64,000 nucleotides of DNA from an uncultured Gammaproteobacteria bacterium (GCA_964635045.1 CAZWMJ010000003.1:12011-76010); one strand, 5' to 3'; numbered from the stretch's first letter, positions 1 through 10,382 are shown. Notes: generated by a model not told the origin, from the sequence alone. A program made the numbers and translations.

Positions 1-815
1 GCCACAACCACCTGTCAGCTTTACTGCTATTTGCCATCCCCATCGCCTTTTACTTTTTGAAAATCTATTGGCCAACCCCGCGTATTCGTTACTTGTTTCT
101 TGTTACTTGTTTCTTGTTACTTGTTAGTCTGTTTCTTACTTTAGGCCGCGCTTCGATGCTATCCCTGTTTATCGCTTCGATCATCGGTCTGTTGTTGGTG
201 AAACTAACTGTTAAACAGCGGATGGCGATAGCATTGACTATAGGAATTTTATTCACTCTTTTTGCTCTGCCGTTTGGCTTTGGCTTTGTCAAGAATAACT
301 TCCCCGCCAAAGCGAAAGTGGACATCGCAAGACAAGATATAAACAGGCCTTTGTACTGGAGGTGGGCGGTTAAGAATCTCACCTTCCATCCTTATTTTGG
401 CACGGGCCTTGATACTTTCGGCAAAGTCAGCAAAGTGTCCTCTTTTCTGGAGAAATCAACAGCTTTGCGCTCGGATCACGTTCACAACTTTTTCCTGCAA
501 ATGCTCTCCGACGCCGGCATTTTTGGCTTCCTAACCAGCACCATTCTTATCTCCTCCGTTCTATGGCAAGCGCTAAGAAAGTTCAAAGTTCAAAGTTCCC
601 CGGCCTCGCCAAGCGAAGCGGGGCGGGCAAAGTTGAAAGTTGAAGAACGAAGTTTTTATTTAGCTCTCTTTGTTGGCTTATTCGCTTCAACGCTTAACGC
701 TTTGGTTGACTACGACTGGCAGCTTCCCAGCGTATTTTTAATTTTCTGGATGATGGGGGGAATGCTCACTTCTGCCAGCCAAGACGTCTGGCCGCGAAGA
801 GAAGTAGAAGATTGA
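1..815 (+). CDS. O-antigen ligase-like (Wzy_C) membrane protein, 5' truncated by window edge
   Basis: Frame is open back to base 3 (HNHLSALLLF). Multiple TM segments, LGRAS, FGTGLDTF and HVHNFFLQMLSDAG motifs. Carries repeat-derived inserts. Confidence 0.85.
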   Translation, partial: HNHLSALLLFAIPIAFYFLKIYWPTPRIRYLFLVTCFLLLVSLFLTLGRASMLSLFIASIIGLLLVKLTVKQRMAIALTIGILFTLFALPFGFGFVKNNFPAKAKVDIARQDINRPLYWRWAVKNLTFHPYFGTGLDTFGKVSKVSSFLEKSTALRSDHVHNFFLQMLSDAGIFGFLTSTILISSVLWQALRKFKVQSSPASPSEAGRAKLKVEERSFYLALFVGLFASTLNALVDYDWQLPSVFLIFWMMGGMLTSASQDVWPRREVED

Positions 816-1407
816 TTGGCAAGTAAACGAAAAACCCAAGCAGGCCTGTTACAAAAAATATTCGAAGCGAAGCCGGCTCAAATTGGTAAAAGTATGAAAA
901 ATAAAGACTGCAGCTGCCAACTCTTTCTCTTTGAATGCAGTTAATGTTTTCTGTACTGTCTGAAAAAATAAAGGAAAGCATGCCGATTATTAGTACATAA
1001 AAGGTCGCTCCAATCCAACCATGCGGATGAATCATGCGTGTCAAAAGAATTCCGGTAATAAGAGCAGGGATTATAGTAAGATGGTGCATGGTGACAACAA
1101 ATCTAAACGTGGGAAACGAGGGAGCGAAGGCGTAGGCGGCAACTTTGGTTGGGTCGCTTTGGAAAAAAATATTTCCCAAAAAACTCGGTATGTACATACC
1201 TTCCGGTATCAATAGAGCGCAGAACATAGCGGTAAGAAGGAAGCGGTTTCGTGTAAAAAGTCCAATTGTTGTTAAACCCAGTCCTGTTGAGGAAAGCCAG
1301 AAAATTCTTGATGGAGTGCCAAGAACAAATATCTTAAGGATGAAATCGGCAATCCAAAAAGCTCCCGTGACCAAACCAAGATAAAATAACGGGTCTTTCA
1401 GTTTCAT
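766..1407 (-). CDS. hypothetical multi-pass membrane protein
   Basis: 213-aa hydrophobic ORF with ATG start. Confidence 0.65.
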   Translation of the reverse strand: MKLKDPLFYLGLVTGAFWIADFILKIFVLGTPSRIFWLSSTGLGLTTIGLFTRNRFLLTAMFCALLIPEGMYIPSFLGNIFFQSDPTKVAAYAFAPSFPTFRFVVTMHHLTIIPALITGILLTRMIHPHGWIGATFYVLIIGMLSFIFSDSTENINCIQRERVGSCSLYFSYFYQFEPASLRIFFVTGLLGFFVYLPINLLLLFAARRLGWQK

Positions 1408-1533
1408 TTTTTAATTGTACAACAAAAGTTTTTTCTTATCCATCCCGCGTTTATCGAATGGGCCACGGCCTTGAGTTTACCGAATGGGCTGGATTTTTTA
1501 GAAGCGGTCGAATATAATAGTAAATAGCAATCA

Positions 1534-1686
1534 ATGTTTGAGTCAATAAAACAAATTTCTATACTTATTTCAAAAACTGACAAAATTTGGTTAATCCCAA
1601 TTTTACTTTTGCTTGTAATCATTGTGTTTTTAATTATAAGCGCGCAGATTACTCCCGTTCCAATATTTCTATACCCAATTATATGA
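1534..1686 (+). CDS. small membrane protein, SxtK/DUF5989-like
   Basis: Read by hand: MFESIKQISILISKTDKIWLIPILLLLVIIVFLIISAQITPVPIFLYPII. Its stop overlaps the next ATG (ATGA), and this family typically neighbours carbamoyltransferases. Confidence 0.7.
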   Translation: MFESIKQISILISKTDKIWLIPILLLLVIIVFLIISAQITPVPIFLYPII

Positions 1687-1877
1687 GAAATACTATCCGC
1701 TGGATGAATCTGCTCTTTGTGTTAATCCTCTTGATTTTTTTTTACTTTGTTGTTGTCGGAATATCTTCAATAATTTACAGAATAGTAACTAATAGAAAAA
1801 ACAGGGAAAGCACTTCATACTGGAAAAACGCGAAAAAACAGATATTCAATAAAAAATATTTTGAATTTACCTACTGA
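1683..1877 (+). CDS. small membrane protein, SxtJ-like
   Basis: LILLIFFYFVVVGIS...SYW pattern. Overlaps the upstream stop and the downstream ATG. Confidence 0.65.
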   Translation: MRNTIRWMNLLFVLILLIFFYFVVVGISSIIYRIVTNRKNRESTSYWKNAKKQIFNKKYFEFTY

Positions 1878-3565
1878 TGTACATTTTAGGAATTTCTGCT
1901 TTTTACCATGATAGCGCTGCAGCGTTAATAAAAGATGGCCAAGTGATCTTTGCAGTAGAAGAAGAACGCTTTACAAGAATAAAACACGACAATGTGTTCC
2001 CTCTTCAGGCAATTAAAGCCTGTCTTTCGTACAAAAACCTATCGATTAATGACATTGCTTATATTGCTTATTATGAAAAACCGCTTCTCAAATTTGAAAG
2101 AATCCTGCAAACGTTTGTAGAAACGTATCCTTTTTCTCTCAAATTGTTCTTAAAATCGATCCCTGAATGGATTGGTGAGAAAATTAAAGTACAGCATATA
2201 CTTAGAAAAAAAGTTGGCTACAAAGGAAAGGTGTTTTTTATACCGCATCATTTATCCCATGCAGCTGCAGCCTTTTACTCCTCGCCTTTCAAGGAATCGG
2301 CAATTATTACAATTGATGCTATAGGTGAATATCAAACTACCGCCTTATGGCAAGCTAAAAATAATGACATCATGCTTCTTAAATCAATGAGCTTTCCCCA
2401 TTCCCTAGGTCTTCTATATTCAACCTTTACGGCGTTTTTGGGTTTTCGAGTTAACGAAGATGAGTATAAAGTAATGGGGCTTTCTGCTTATGGTAAGGCT
2501 ACATACAAAGATAAAATGCATCGAATCATTAATATGAAAAATGATGGAAGTTTTCATCTCGATATGAAGTATTTTTCGTTTCGGGAAAGCTTCCAAATGT
2601 GGAGCAAAAAATTTGAAAAATTATTTGGTAGACCTCGAAAACCCGATGATATAATCAGCCAGCGAGACAAAAATCTTGCAGCAAGCATTCAACAAGCAAT
2701 AGAAGAAGTTTATTTCAAAATTCTCAATTATCTTTATGGTTTAACCAAATCTCAAAATCTATGCATGGGCGGCGGTGTTGCGCTCAACGCATTAGTAAAC
2801 GGCAAAATATACAAAAAGACCCTATTTAAACATGTGTATGTTTTTGGTGCAGCTGGAGACAGTGGAGGAGCAATTGGTGCTGGGCTTTTTACATACCATA
2901 GTATTTTGGGATACACCAAGAGAATACAAATAAACAATTTATATTTTGGTTCTTCATATGGCAATGATGAAATTGAAGCTATTTTCAGAAATTATAACAT
3001 TCGATATCAAAGAATCGATAACGAAGATGAGCTTTTGGATAAGGTGGTTTCGTTACTGAGTCACGGAAATATACTTGGGTGGTTTCAAGGTCGGATGGAA
3101 TTTGGACCGCGAGCTCTCGGTGCTCGATCAATTATAGCCAAACCAAACCCGCGTTTTATGAAAGATAAAGTAAACAAGATAAAAATACGGGAGCTTTTCC
3201 GACCGTTTGCCGGTTCTATTCTGCAAGAGAACGTACATGAATACTTTGATGTCCCTGAAAAATATCATTCCTCGCCTTTTATGACTTTTTGCTTTCCAGT
3301 AAAGAAAGAAAAATCTGTACAATTAGCAGCTCTTGTACATAGAGACAGAACTTGCAGGATTCAGACAGTAACTAATGAAAATGGCCGATATTACAGACTA
3401 ATCAAAAAATTTTATGAACGTACTGGTATTGCCTGCATCCTAAATACCAGCTTTAATCTTAAGGGAGAGCCAATTGTAGAAAATCCAGAACAAGCTATTG
3501 AAGATTTCTTAAAAACTGATATAGATAACCTCGTTATTGGTAATTTAGTTGCTCAAAAACGTTAA
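1877..3565 (+). CDS. carbamoyltransferase, NodU/CmcH family
   Basis: ILGISAFYHDSAAA, EEERFTRIKH, HHLSHA, GRMEFGPRALG and LNTSFN motifs. Confidence 0.95.
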   Translation: MYILGISAFYHDSAAALIKDGQVIFAVEEERFTRIKHDNVFPLQAIKACLSYKNLSINDIAYIAYYEKPLLKFERILQTFVETYPFSLKLFLKSIPEWIGEKIKVQHILRKKVGYKGKVFFIPHHLSHAAAAFYSSPFKESAIITIDAIGEYQTTALWQAKNNDIMLLKSMSFPHSLGLLYSTFTAFLGFRVNEDEYKVMGLSAYGKATYKDKMHRIINMKNDGSFHLDMKYFSFRESFQMWSKKFEKLFGRPRKPDDIISQRDKNLAASIQQAIEEVYFKILNYLYGLTKSQNLCMGGGVALNALVNGKIYKKTLFKHVYVFGAAGDSGGAIGAGLFTYHSILGYTKRIQINNLYFGSSYGNDEIEAIFRNYNIRYQRIDNEDELLDKVVSLLSHGNILGWFQGRMEFGPRALGARSIIAKPNPRFMKDKVNKIKIRELFRPFAGSILQENVHEYFDVPEKYHSSPFMTFCFPVKKEKSVQLAALVHRDRTCRIQTVTNENGRYYRLIKKFYERTGIACILNTSFNLKGEPIVENPEQAIEDFLKTDIDNLVIGNLVAQKR

Positions 3566-4560
3566 TTACAAGGAATCAAGTTAGTACTAGTCAAATAGTC
3601 AAAAATTTCATTGGCAAATAGTCTGTATCCTGCTTCGTTTGGATGCCAGTCTGGAAATGCCGTATCGGGTTTTATCAATTTTGGTAGCTGTCCATAAAAA
3701 TACACATTTGTATGTTCTCCAACAAATTTTTCTACGAGTTTTTTTTGGTGTTCATTAAACGCTTGAGGACTACCAGAAGGAGTACCTAGGATAACAAGAA
3801 TATTTTTATACATCCTGCGCAATGATTCCATAGCAGAGTACTGATACTGCAGTATTTTATCTTCTCCATATTGTTCTTCTAAATCACTTGCTGTTTTTGC
3901 GTTATAAGGATAAAAATTATCTCTATTCTGGTATTCTTCTAATTGTCCATTTTGTTCCATCTGTTTTCGGTATATTTTAGATTTTTCTAAATCTTGATCT
4001 AGTATGTGTCTAAAATCATCATTCTTTAATAGCCATAAAATTACATCTGGATTATATTTAAGACCTCGTTTTTTGAATCGTGTTATCGCATATTCAATAT
4101 CATACCCTCCCACTCCTAGATTTATCACTTCAAATTTTTTGATATTTTTGCATTGCAGTCTGCTGTTCAATAAATCTTCAAGTTTTTCTGGATAATTATC
4201 CTTTGTATTGACATATAGACCATATGTGAAAGAATCGCCGAGGGTAAGTATTCTAAACGTGTTTTGTGCTTTTTCAACCGAATATTCGTACCGCTCATTT
4301 AAACCTTCTGCATTTATAGTTATTTCATACTTATAGTCATCCGGTAACCAGGACGGTTTGTTGTTGATATTTCTGTTCGGTTTAAATTCATAAAAATATT
4401 TGAGATCGCCGTCTTCTGAAAAAATGAGATCGGTTTTCATTATTGGATTTATCCTCGTTGTGCTAAGGACATCTTTTGACTTCCTATACATGTTAAATCC
4501 AATCAAGGCAATCATTATCAGTTCAGTTGCAATAAAAAGTAAAATAAATTTCTTTTTCAT
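3562..4560 (-). CDS. SGNH/GDSL hydrolase-family protein
   Basis: N-terminal TM, LGDSFTYG, INLGVGGY and DWHPN motifs. Confidence 0.85.
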   Translation of the reverse strand: MKKKFILLFIATELIMIALIGFNMYRKSKDVLSTTRINPIMKTDLIFSEDGDLKYFYEFKPNRNINNKPSWLPDDYKYEITINAEGLNERYEYSVEKAQNTFRILTLGDSFTYGLYVNTKDNYPEKLEDLLNSRLQCKNIKKFEVINLGVGGYDIEYAITRFKKRGLKYNPDVILWLLKNDDFRHILDQDLEKSKIYRKQMEQNGQLEEYQNRDNFYPYNAKTASDLEEQYGEDKILQYQYSAMESLRRMYKNILVILGTPSGSPQAFNEHQKKLVEKFVGEHTNVYFYGQLPKLIKPDTAFPDWHPNEAGYRLFANEIFDYLTSTNLIPCN

Positions 4561-4729
4561 ATCTCATTTCTAATTATCCACTCTGAAAAAGGAGGAATAA
4601 GCTAGAAAGATCTTACTGTCTTTATCACTATAAATATGGTTTATGTACGATTCTCGGTTTTAAGACTTATATTTTTTGCATTATTTGAAAATAGGTTGTT
4701 CGCTTTTTGTGGCAAAAAGCAAGTAAATA

Positions 4730-5620
4730 CTAATCTTTTTTGAATCTCTGTATAACTCCTGATATCTCAAAGATAATAATTGCAAGGAGGAGTACGAATG
4801 GCAGTCGTATGAAGTCAATGCATCTCTTCTTTTTAAGAAGATACACGTTTATATTAATATAGGTTTTTGTGTGTTTCAGGAGAGTTGAATGATAAAAATG
4901 AAATCTCAAGTTTGGCCATCGCCGTTTTAGAACAATCGGTACTGCTCCATTACGGTATCTCTGCAGAAGAAAATCTTTTAGGTTTTTCCTTTCCTTATGA
5001 AACACGAGAATATCTTTATCAAACAAAATTACCCCCTTTTTTGTAAAAATTTGAGCGGCGACATCCATATCGTCTCCCGTATACCGTATTGTTTCATGAA
5101 ATGAGATTTCCATGTGCTCCAAGAAAATTTTTTTTATTGAGGCGTTATCTGTTCCTAAGTAAAGAATGCCGCTCGGTGTAACTCTGCTCATAGTTATCCG
5201 AACCTCTCTTTGCTTTTGTAAAATTAAAGAGTAGAGGCTCTCTTTTGGAATACTTATGACACGTCCTTGAATAGCAACTGCATGTGGATGTTTTAGATGA
5301 GAAGCAATAGTATTTTTAATCCAATTACGGGTAGCAACACAATCATCATCGGTTATAAGGAGTACATCGCCTTTTGCAAGTGCAATTCCAGCGTTTCTCG
5401 ATATAGAAATACTCACGATCGGTTGGTACAAATAGCGCAGATTTAATGTTTTAGAAAATTTCTCAACGACTTCTTTTGTTTCATCTACAGAAGCGTTATC
5501 TATGATAATCACTTCTGATGGTAACACAGACTGTTTTTCTATCGAACGCAAGCAGTTAACTAAGCTCTTGGCACGGTTGCGGGTAATTATGATTACTGAC
5601 GTTGTCACAGTTTTTCTCAA
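4730..5620 (-). CDS. glycosyltransferase family 2
   Basis: SVIIITRNR, IIDNASVDET, SRNAG and TDDD motifs. Confidence 0.9.
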   Translation of the reverse strand: MRKTVTTSVIIITRNRAKSLVNCLRSIEKQSVLPSEVIIIDNASVDETKEVVEKFSKTLNLRYLYQPIVSISISRNAGIALAKGDVLLITDDDCVATRNWIKNTIASHLKHPHAVAIQGRVISIPKESLYSLILQKQREVRITMSRVTPSGILYLGTDNASIKKIFLEHMEISFHETIRYTGDDMDVAAQIFTKKGVILFDKDILVFHKERKNLKDFLLQRYRNGAVPIVLKRRWPNLRFHFYHSTLLKHTKTYININVYLLKKKRCIDFIRLPFVLLLAIIIFEISGVIQRFKKD

Positions 5621-5652
5621 AGTAGATAGAGTATATCATCATTCCCTAAAAC

Positions 5653-7668
5653 ATGGTAGAATCAGTAAAAATGATTAAGAGAGTTATTTTTATTCTTGCT
5701 GATACTCTGCGGGCAAAACATGTTGGTTTATATGGGAAAAATCCTTCCCCAACCCCAAATATAGATAGACTAGGAAAAAAGGGCGTGGTCTTTACAAATA
5801 CATATTGCTCTAGCACCTGCACAGATCCTTCCATTACGTCGATTATGGCAGGCAAATATCCTCTTTCTGTACAACTCGTAAATCATGGAAGATACGTGAC
5901 GCTTGATGAAGAGGAACAGGTGGCAAAAGTCCCCCTCCTTCCAGAGATTCTCAAATCGCATAGATATAAAACTGCCGCTATTGACTGGTTGGGAAGATGG
6001 CATAAAAGGGGATACGATTATTATAGTGGAAGAATCAACAAAGATTTTGATGAAGAGTATCCCATTTTTGATCGGCTTCCATTCCCTCTTTTTATAAGAG
6101 CTTTTGATAAACTACTAGTCAAAAACTTTAACCGAGTATTCTTAACTCGATGGTATTACTCCTTCTTAGCAAATCCAAAAATTCCTTATGATACTGCAAA
6201 TATTATTATCGATAAAGCAGTAGAAATATTGGAAAAAAGCCGGCAAAAACCATTTTTTCTCTATCTCCATTTCTGGGATATTCATACTCCTCACATAAGA
6301 CCTAGGGGACTCAGATCGTATCTTTTTGATAGTGTCGAACAAACGTATACTGCGGAAATTAAGTTTTTAGATGGGGAAATTGGGAGATTAGTAGCTTATC
6401 TGGATAAAACAAACCAAATAGACGATACGCTTATCGTTTTAACAGCTGACCATGGAGAAAATTTTTTTGAGCATGATATGCCCCTACATCACGAAAACCT
6501 TTATGAGGATGTCGTGCGGGTGCCTCTGTTTTTTTACTACCATCCCCTTGGAAGGAAAAGAGTAGATACATTAGTTCAGCAAGTGGACATTATGCCAACA
6601 GTCCTTGCCATACTCGGTTTTCCTATTCCTGCTAATATTGATGGGAAGAGTCTCTTACCTCTCATACGAAGTACAAAGAAAAAGATACGAGATTTCGCCT
6701 ATTTCGAAGACATTACGTATAGGAGGCTTCGTTTTATGCGTAACACAAGGCGACGAGGTATCCGCATAGGCCAACATAAGTATATAGAAACATTAAGTGG
6801 CGCTAACGGAGAACTTTATCAAATTACTCCACGAGAAGATTTGTTTCATGTTAAGGAAGAGTTGTACAATCTTCAAACAGATTCTTTGGAGAGGAAGAAT
6901 ATTATAAGGGAAAAAACATATATTGCAAAAAAACTTAGAGAAAAATTGCATGGGAAAATTTTGGAATTGAACAGAAAACGCTTGCGAAATAATCCTGACC
7001 TTAATAAAAAGGTTGAAAGGAGCCTTCAAGTAATTAGGAAAGCGGTAAAACGGTTTAAGGGAAAAGAAATCGCTCTTGCCTGGACCGGCGGGAAGGATTC
7101 TACCGCTCTTCTTCATCTTGCGCGCTTAGCTTTTGACGGCAAAATTCCTTTTAAGGTAATTTTTAATGACTCCACCATGGAGTTTGAAGAAATTTATCGG
7201 TTTATTGAAAAAATATCCAGGCTTTGGGGCATCAAAGTAATTACCATTAAACATTCGGACAAAGAACTGGCGGAATTTCACAATACCCGCGACCGTGAGA
7301 AGAAAAAAGAACTGTCAAGAATTATGAAAATTACCGCCATTAACAGCGCCTTAAAAAAATATAAACTAAAAGGATTTATGGCGGGTATCCGCTGGGACGA
7401 ACATGAAAGCAGGTCCAAAGAAAAATATTTCTCTCCAAGATCGGATCATATACGAATTCATCCTCTTCTTCATTTTACCGAAAGTGATATTTGGGAATAC
7501 ATCAAGTTTTTCGGCGTTCCCTTTGTTGATCTTTATTCGAAAGGCTATCGTTCTTTGGGAGAAAAACCCTTTACTCACAAGGCCGCGCCCGGACAAGGGG
7601 AGAGATCGGGCAGAGAACGCGATAAAGAACAGCTGATGCAGAGACTGCGGAAGATGGGCTACTGGTAG
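5653..7668 (+). CDS. sulfatase/alkaline-phosphatase-fold domain fused to a PAPS reductase/CysD-family domain
   Basis: N-terminal: ILADTLR, TPNID, TCTDPS, DIHTP, TADHGE. C-terminal: AWTGGKDS PP-loop, GIRWDE, HPLLHFTE, GYRSLG, ERSGR. Confidence 0.85.
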   Translation: MVESVKMIKRVIFILADTLRAKHVGLYGKNPSPTPNIDRLGKKGVVFTNTYCSSTCTDPSITSIMAGKYPLSVQLVNHGRYVTLDEEEQVAKVPLLPEILKSHRYKTAAIDWLGRWHKRGYDYYSGRINKDFDEEYPIFDRLPFPLFIRAFDKLLVKNFNRVFLTRWYYSFLANPKIPYDTANIIIDKAVEILEKSRQKPFFLYLHFWDIHTPHIRPRGLRSYLFDSVEQTYTAEIKFLDGEIGRLVAYLDKTNQIDDTLIVLTADHGENFFEHDMPLHHENLYEDVVRVPLFFYYHPLGRKRVDTLVQQVDIMPTVLAILGFPIPANIDGKSLLPLIRSTKKKIRDFAYFEDITYRRLRFMRNTRRRGIRIGQHKYIETLSGANGELYQITPREDLFHVKEELYNLQTDSLERKNIIREKTYIAKKLREKLHGKILELNRKRLRNNPDLNKKVERSLQVIRKAVKRFKGKEIALAWTGGKDSTALLHLARLAFDGKIPFKVIFNDSTMEFEEIYRFIEKISRLWGIKVITIKHSDKELAEFHNTRDREKKKELSRIMKITAINSALKKYKLKGFMAGIRWDEHESRSKEKYFSPRSDHIRIHPLLHFTESDIWEYIKFFGVPFVDLYSKGYRSLGEKPFTHKAAPGQGERSGRERDKEQLMQRLRKMGYW

Positions 7669-9131
7669 GAAGAGGTTTTTCTATGTTGGGAAAGTATATT
7701 GATGAGAAGCCCTACTAGAAAAAAGAAAAGTAATCCAACACGATCAGTAAATAATCGTGGTTCCCATACGCCTCGAGTTACGAATGTAAGGAAGCAAACG
7801 AATAGTCCAATAGCAAGAAGCTTATGTTCACCTCTTAATGATCGTATTCCTTTCATAAAGTTCCGCATAATTTCAGCTATGATAGCCAATAAGAGTAATA
7901 GACCGAAAAACCCTAGTTCACTTGTGACTAAAAGATAAGTATTATGAACGGATGCTGGAAACCGTTGTGAAAGAAGATCATCTGTAAAATCATATGTAGT
8001 AAAAAAGATTGGGAAATTACCTCCTCCAATACCCAATAAAGGTGCGTATTGAATTGTATATTGGGCCTGTCTAATTAACTCTATTCTTACATTTAAACTC
8101 TCGTCATCCAAGGAAAAATTGACAAATCTATTAATAATAAATGGATTAAACAATGTTAATGTCATAAGAATAAATAACCAGATGATAAATTTTCTAACCG
8201 CCCCTTCCCAAAAGACCTTATGGGGTCTATTAATTCTTATTATGAGTACAAAAGTAATAAGTATGGAAAATATAGCTATTGCTGCCCCCCATCGAGATAA
8301 TGTAGCGATAATTATCATAACGCCAGCTATAGAGCCCATGATTGAGATAAGTCTTAGTGTAATATTCTGGTGAAATATCATTACAATGCTAACAGGTAAG
8401 AGAATACCAATATAAGCACTTAAAAGATTTGGATGTGAAAATGTGCCAATTGTTCTGAAGTATGGGTTGTCATTTATATATATCAAACTTCGTATAGAGA
8501 GTATAGTTTCTGCATTCTCGATTGGAATTCCAATCAAGCCGCCTTTTACGAATTGCATAGCTGTTATGATTGCTTCAAATACTATTGTACCTACAAGTGC
8601 ATAGATAATACCTCGGAGATCTTTTTGCGCCAGTGTTAGACGCGAGAATACGAGATATACCATAAGACCGTAGATTAGTTTTAACAACCATACGAGTGAT
8701 GCTTGAATGTTAAAACTAAAGATCGTGGATAATTCTGCGAGTGCAAGGAACAGGAAAAGTAGAATCTCAAGTCTCACTGCAAGAAAAGTACTTTTACGTT
8801 TGTAGTATTGATAGATAAGTATCATAATTAGTGGTAAGAAAAGTATGATAGATAACGAGATATTGATTCCAAATTGTCTATTGTTTAATACGCTTGCGGA
8901 GTCAAGCCTTGGGGTGGTAACGGTTGTCAGCTGCAAATCAGATTCAGTTGGTCCTATAGGTAATGCTAAAACAAACAAAAATATCAATATTAATTTCCAG
9001 GGGAGTTTTTTTAAGGATAAAATAAGAGAACTGGACTGGAAAAGTCTGAAAAGATGAAATGAGGAAACAGAATTAAGCAGTTTGTTAGACAGCTTGAAAA
9101 ATGAATTGATCAGCAGACTTTGATTATCCAT
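7659..9131 (-). CDS. O-antigen ligase family protein
   Basis: GTFSHPN, TLSRWG, GIGGGNF and VHNTY motifs with many TM helices. Confidence 0.85.
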   Translation of the reverse strand: MDNQSLLINSFFKLSNKLLNSVSSFHLFRLFQSSSLILSLKKLPWKLILIFLFVLALPIGPTESDLQLTTVTTPRLDSASVLNNRQFGINISLSIILFLPLIMILIYQYYKRKSTFLAVRLEILLFLFLALAELSTIFSFNIQASLVWLLKLIYGLMVYLVFSRLTLAQKDLRGIIYALVGTIVFEAIITAMQFVKGGLIGIPIENAETILSIRSLIYINDNPYFRTIGTFSHPNLLSAYIGILLPVSIVMIFHQNITLRLISIMGSIAGVMIIIATLSRWGAAIAIFSILITFVLIIRINRPHKVFWEGAVRKFIIWLFILMTLTLFNPFIINRFVNFSLDDESLNVRIELIRQAQYTIQYAPLLGIGGGNFPIFFTTYDFTDDLLSQRFPASVHNTYLLVTSELGFFGLLLLLAIIAEIMRNFMKGIRSLRGEHKLLAIGLFVCFLTFVTRGVWEPRLFTDRVGLLFFFLVGLLINILSQHRKTSSYQ

Positions 9132-9141
9132 TCGTAATTGC

Positions 9142-9915
9142 TCATTCTATATTCGCTATGAGAGCGTTTTTTACTTTGGTCTGGCCGATATTGAAAGAGA
9201 CGGTTTCGCCCGCAATCAGTCTTTTGTTTTTCTGGAATATCCACTCATTTTCAAACGCGCGTACTTGCATTTTTACCTTGAGAGTAAGGTCTGTTTTTCT
9301 GGGATCGGTTCTAAGCAGAGTTTCTCCACCGGCGGTGGTGACGGTTATTTCGGCCGGTTTTACTTCTTTTTCCAGCAGCTCAACAATTTTTTCTCCATTT
9401 TGATTCACCTCGCCGTCGCCCGCTTTAAGACTTTCGGCAAACCACGGCCATTGATCGTACAGTTTTGCGGTAATAATTTTGGTCTGAGTTGCCGCCTGAG
9501 AACCAATATTTTTCATTTCCAAGATTTTTCCCTGAATAATTCCCGAGTTAAATCTAAGCTCAATGGGAGAGCCTATTTTGATAATTTTATTTTTGTATTC
9601 CAAATCGCCGCTTCGATTGTTCACTTTGGCCAGAATTTTTGCCCGGATAAACAGGTCTTTGTTGGAGATTGGATTGTCGGGAGTGTCAAAGATGTCAATA
9701 TCTAAAAGTTGGGCAATCTTTTCGCCGGTTGGACTTTTCTCAATATCTCCTTTTTGCAAAGAATTGGCTTGATAAATAGTTACATTTTGGGTCAGTACAG
9801 AAATGTCGGTCCATTGCTCCTGCGGATTGAAAAACTTAAAAAGAATCACGCCCGCCAAGATGACGACGATGATAATGAGGTAGTCAAGCGGCCGCAGTTT
9901 TTTGACGAAGTTCAT
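9142..9915 (-). CDS. DUF4330-like membrane-anchored protein with two repeated domains
   Basis: N-terminal LDYLIIIVV anchor and two similar GD-xx-V/I...IG modules. Confidence 0.6.
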   Translation of the reverse strand: MNFVKKLRPLDYLIIIVVILAGVILFKFFNPQEQWTDISVLTQNVTIYQANSLQKGDIEKSPTGEKIAQLLDIDIFDTPDNPISNKDLFIRAKILAKVNNRSGDLEYKNKIIKIGSPIELRFNSGIIQGKILEMKNIGSQAATQTKIITAKLYDQWPWFAESLKAGDGEVNQNGEKIVELLEKEVKPAEITVTTAGGETLLRTDPRKTDLTLKVKMQVRAFENEWIFQKNKRLIAGETVSFNIGQTKVKNALIANIE

Positions 9916-9956
9916 GCTATTTTTGGTTTACCACGTCTAATCACGTCAGATGTGGT

Positions 9957-10382
9957 TTAACGTGGTTTTAATATCTTGACTGAAAAGACCGTGTCATTCC
10001 AGGCTCTTTTTTTAAGAAGGTAGGGGATGGTGATTTCCACTTTTTGATTAGTCATCAAGGCGGAGTTTGTGGCGACTTTTGTTTTGGAGGAGATTTTTGT
10101 TTTGTCTGTCACGATAAATTTGGGAATATTCGCTCCTTTAATATCGGTGATTAATTCTGTCCCTTTGGGATTTTTCCGTATTTCTTTGATGGTTGCGGAA
10201 AAGGTGTAGAAGGCGCTTACGGACTTGATTGACTTGTTTGACGGGAGAATCGGCAGAAGTTCGCTGATATACTGGACGTTTGATTTTGGTTTGTTCGCGC
10301 CTACTTTCAAAAAAGACCAGCCGGCCACAGATAAAACAATTAGTACAATCAAAACAATAAGCAAATTGTAGGAGTTTTTCAT
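9957..10382 (-). CDS. hypothetical exported protein
   Basis: 141 aa with an N-terminal TM helix. Confidence 0.6.
   Translation of the reverse strand: MKNSYNLLIVLIVLIVLSVAGWSFLKVGANKPKSNVQYISELLPILPSNKSIKSVSAFYTFSATIKEIRKNPKGTELITDIKGANIPKFIVTDKTKISSKTKVATNSALMTNQKVEITIPYLLKKRAWNDTVFSVKILKPR

Noticed and set aside
1534-4560. Saxitoxin biosynthesis cluster
   Set aside because: Only sxtI/J/K-like homologs are seen. There is no sxtA or other core gene, and the context is glycan modification.
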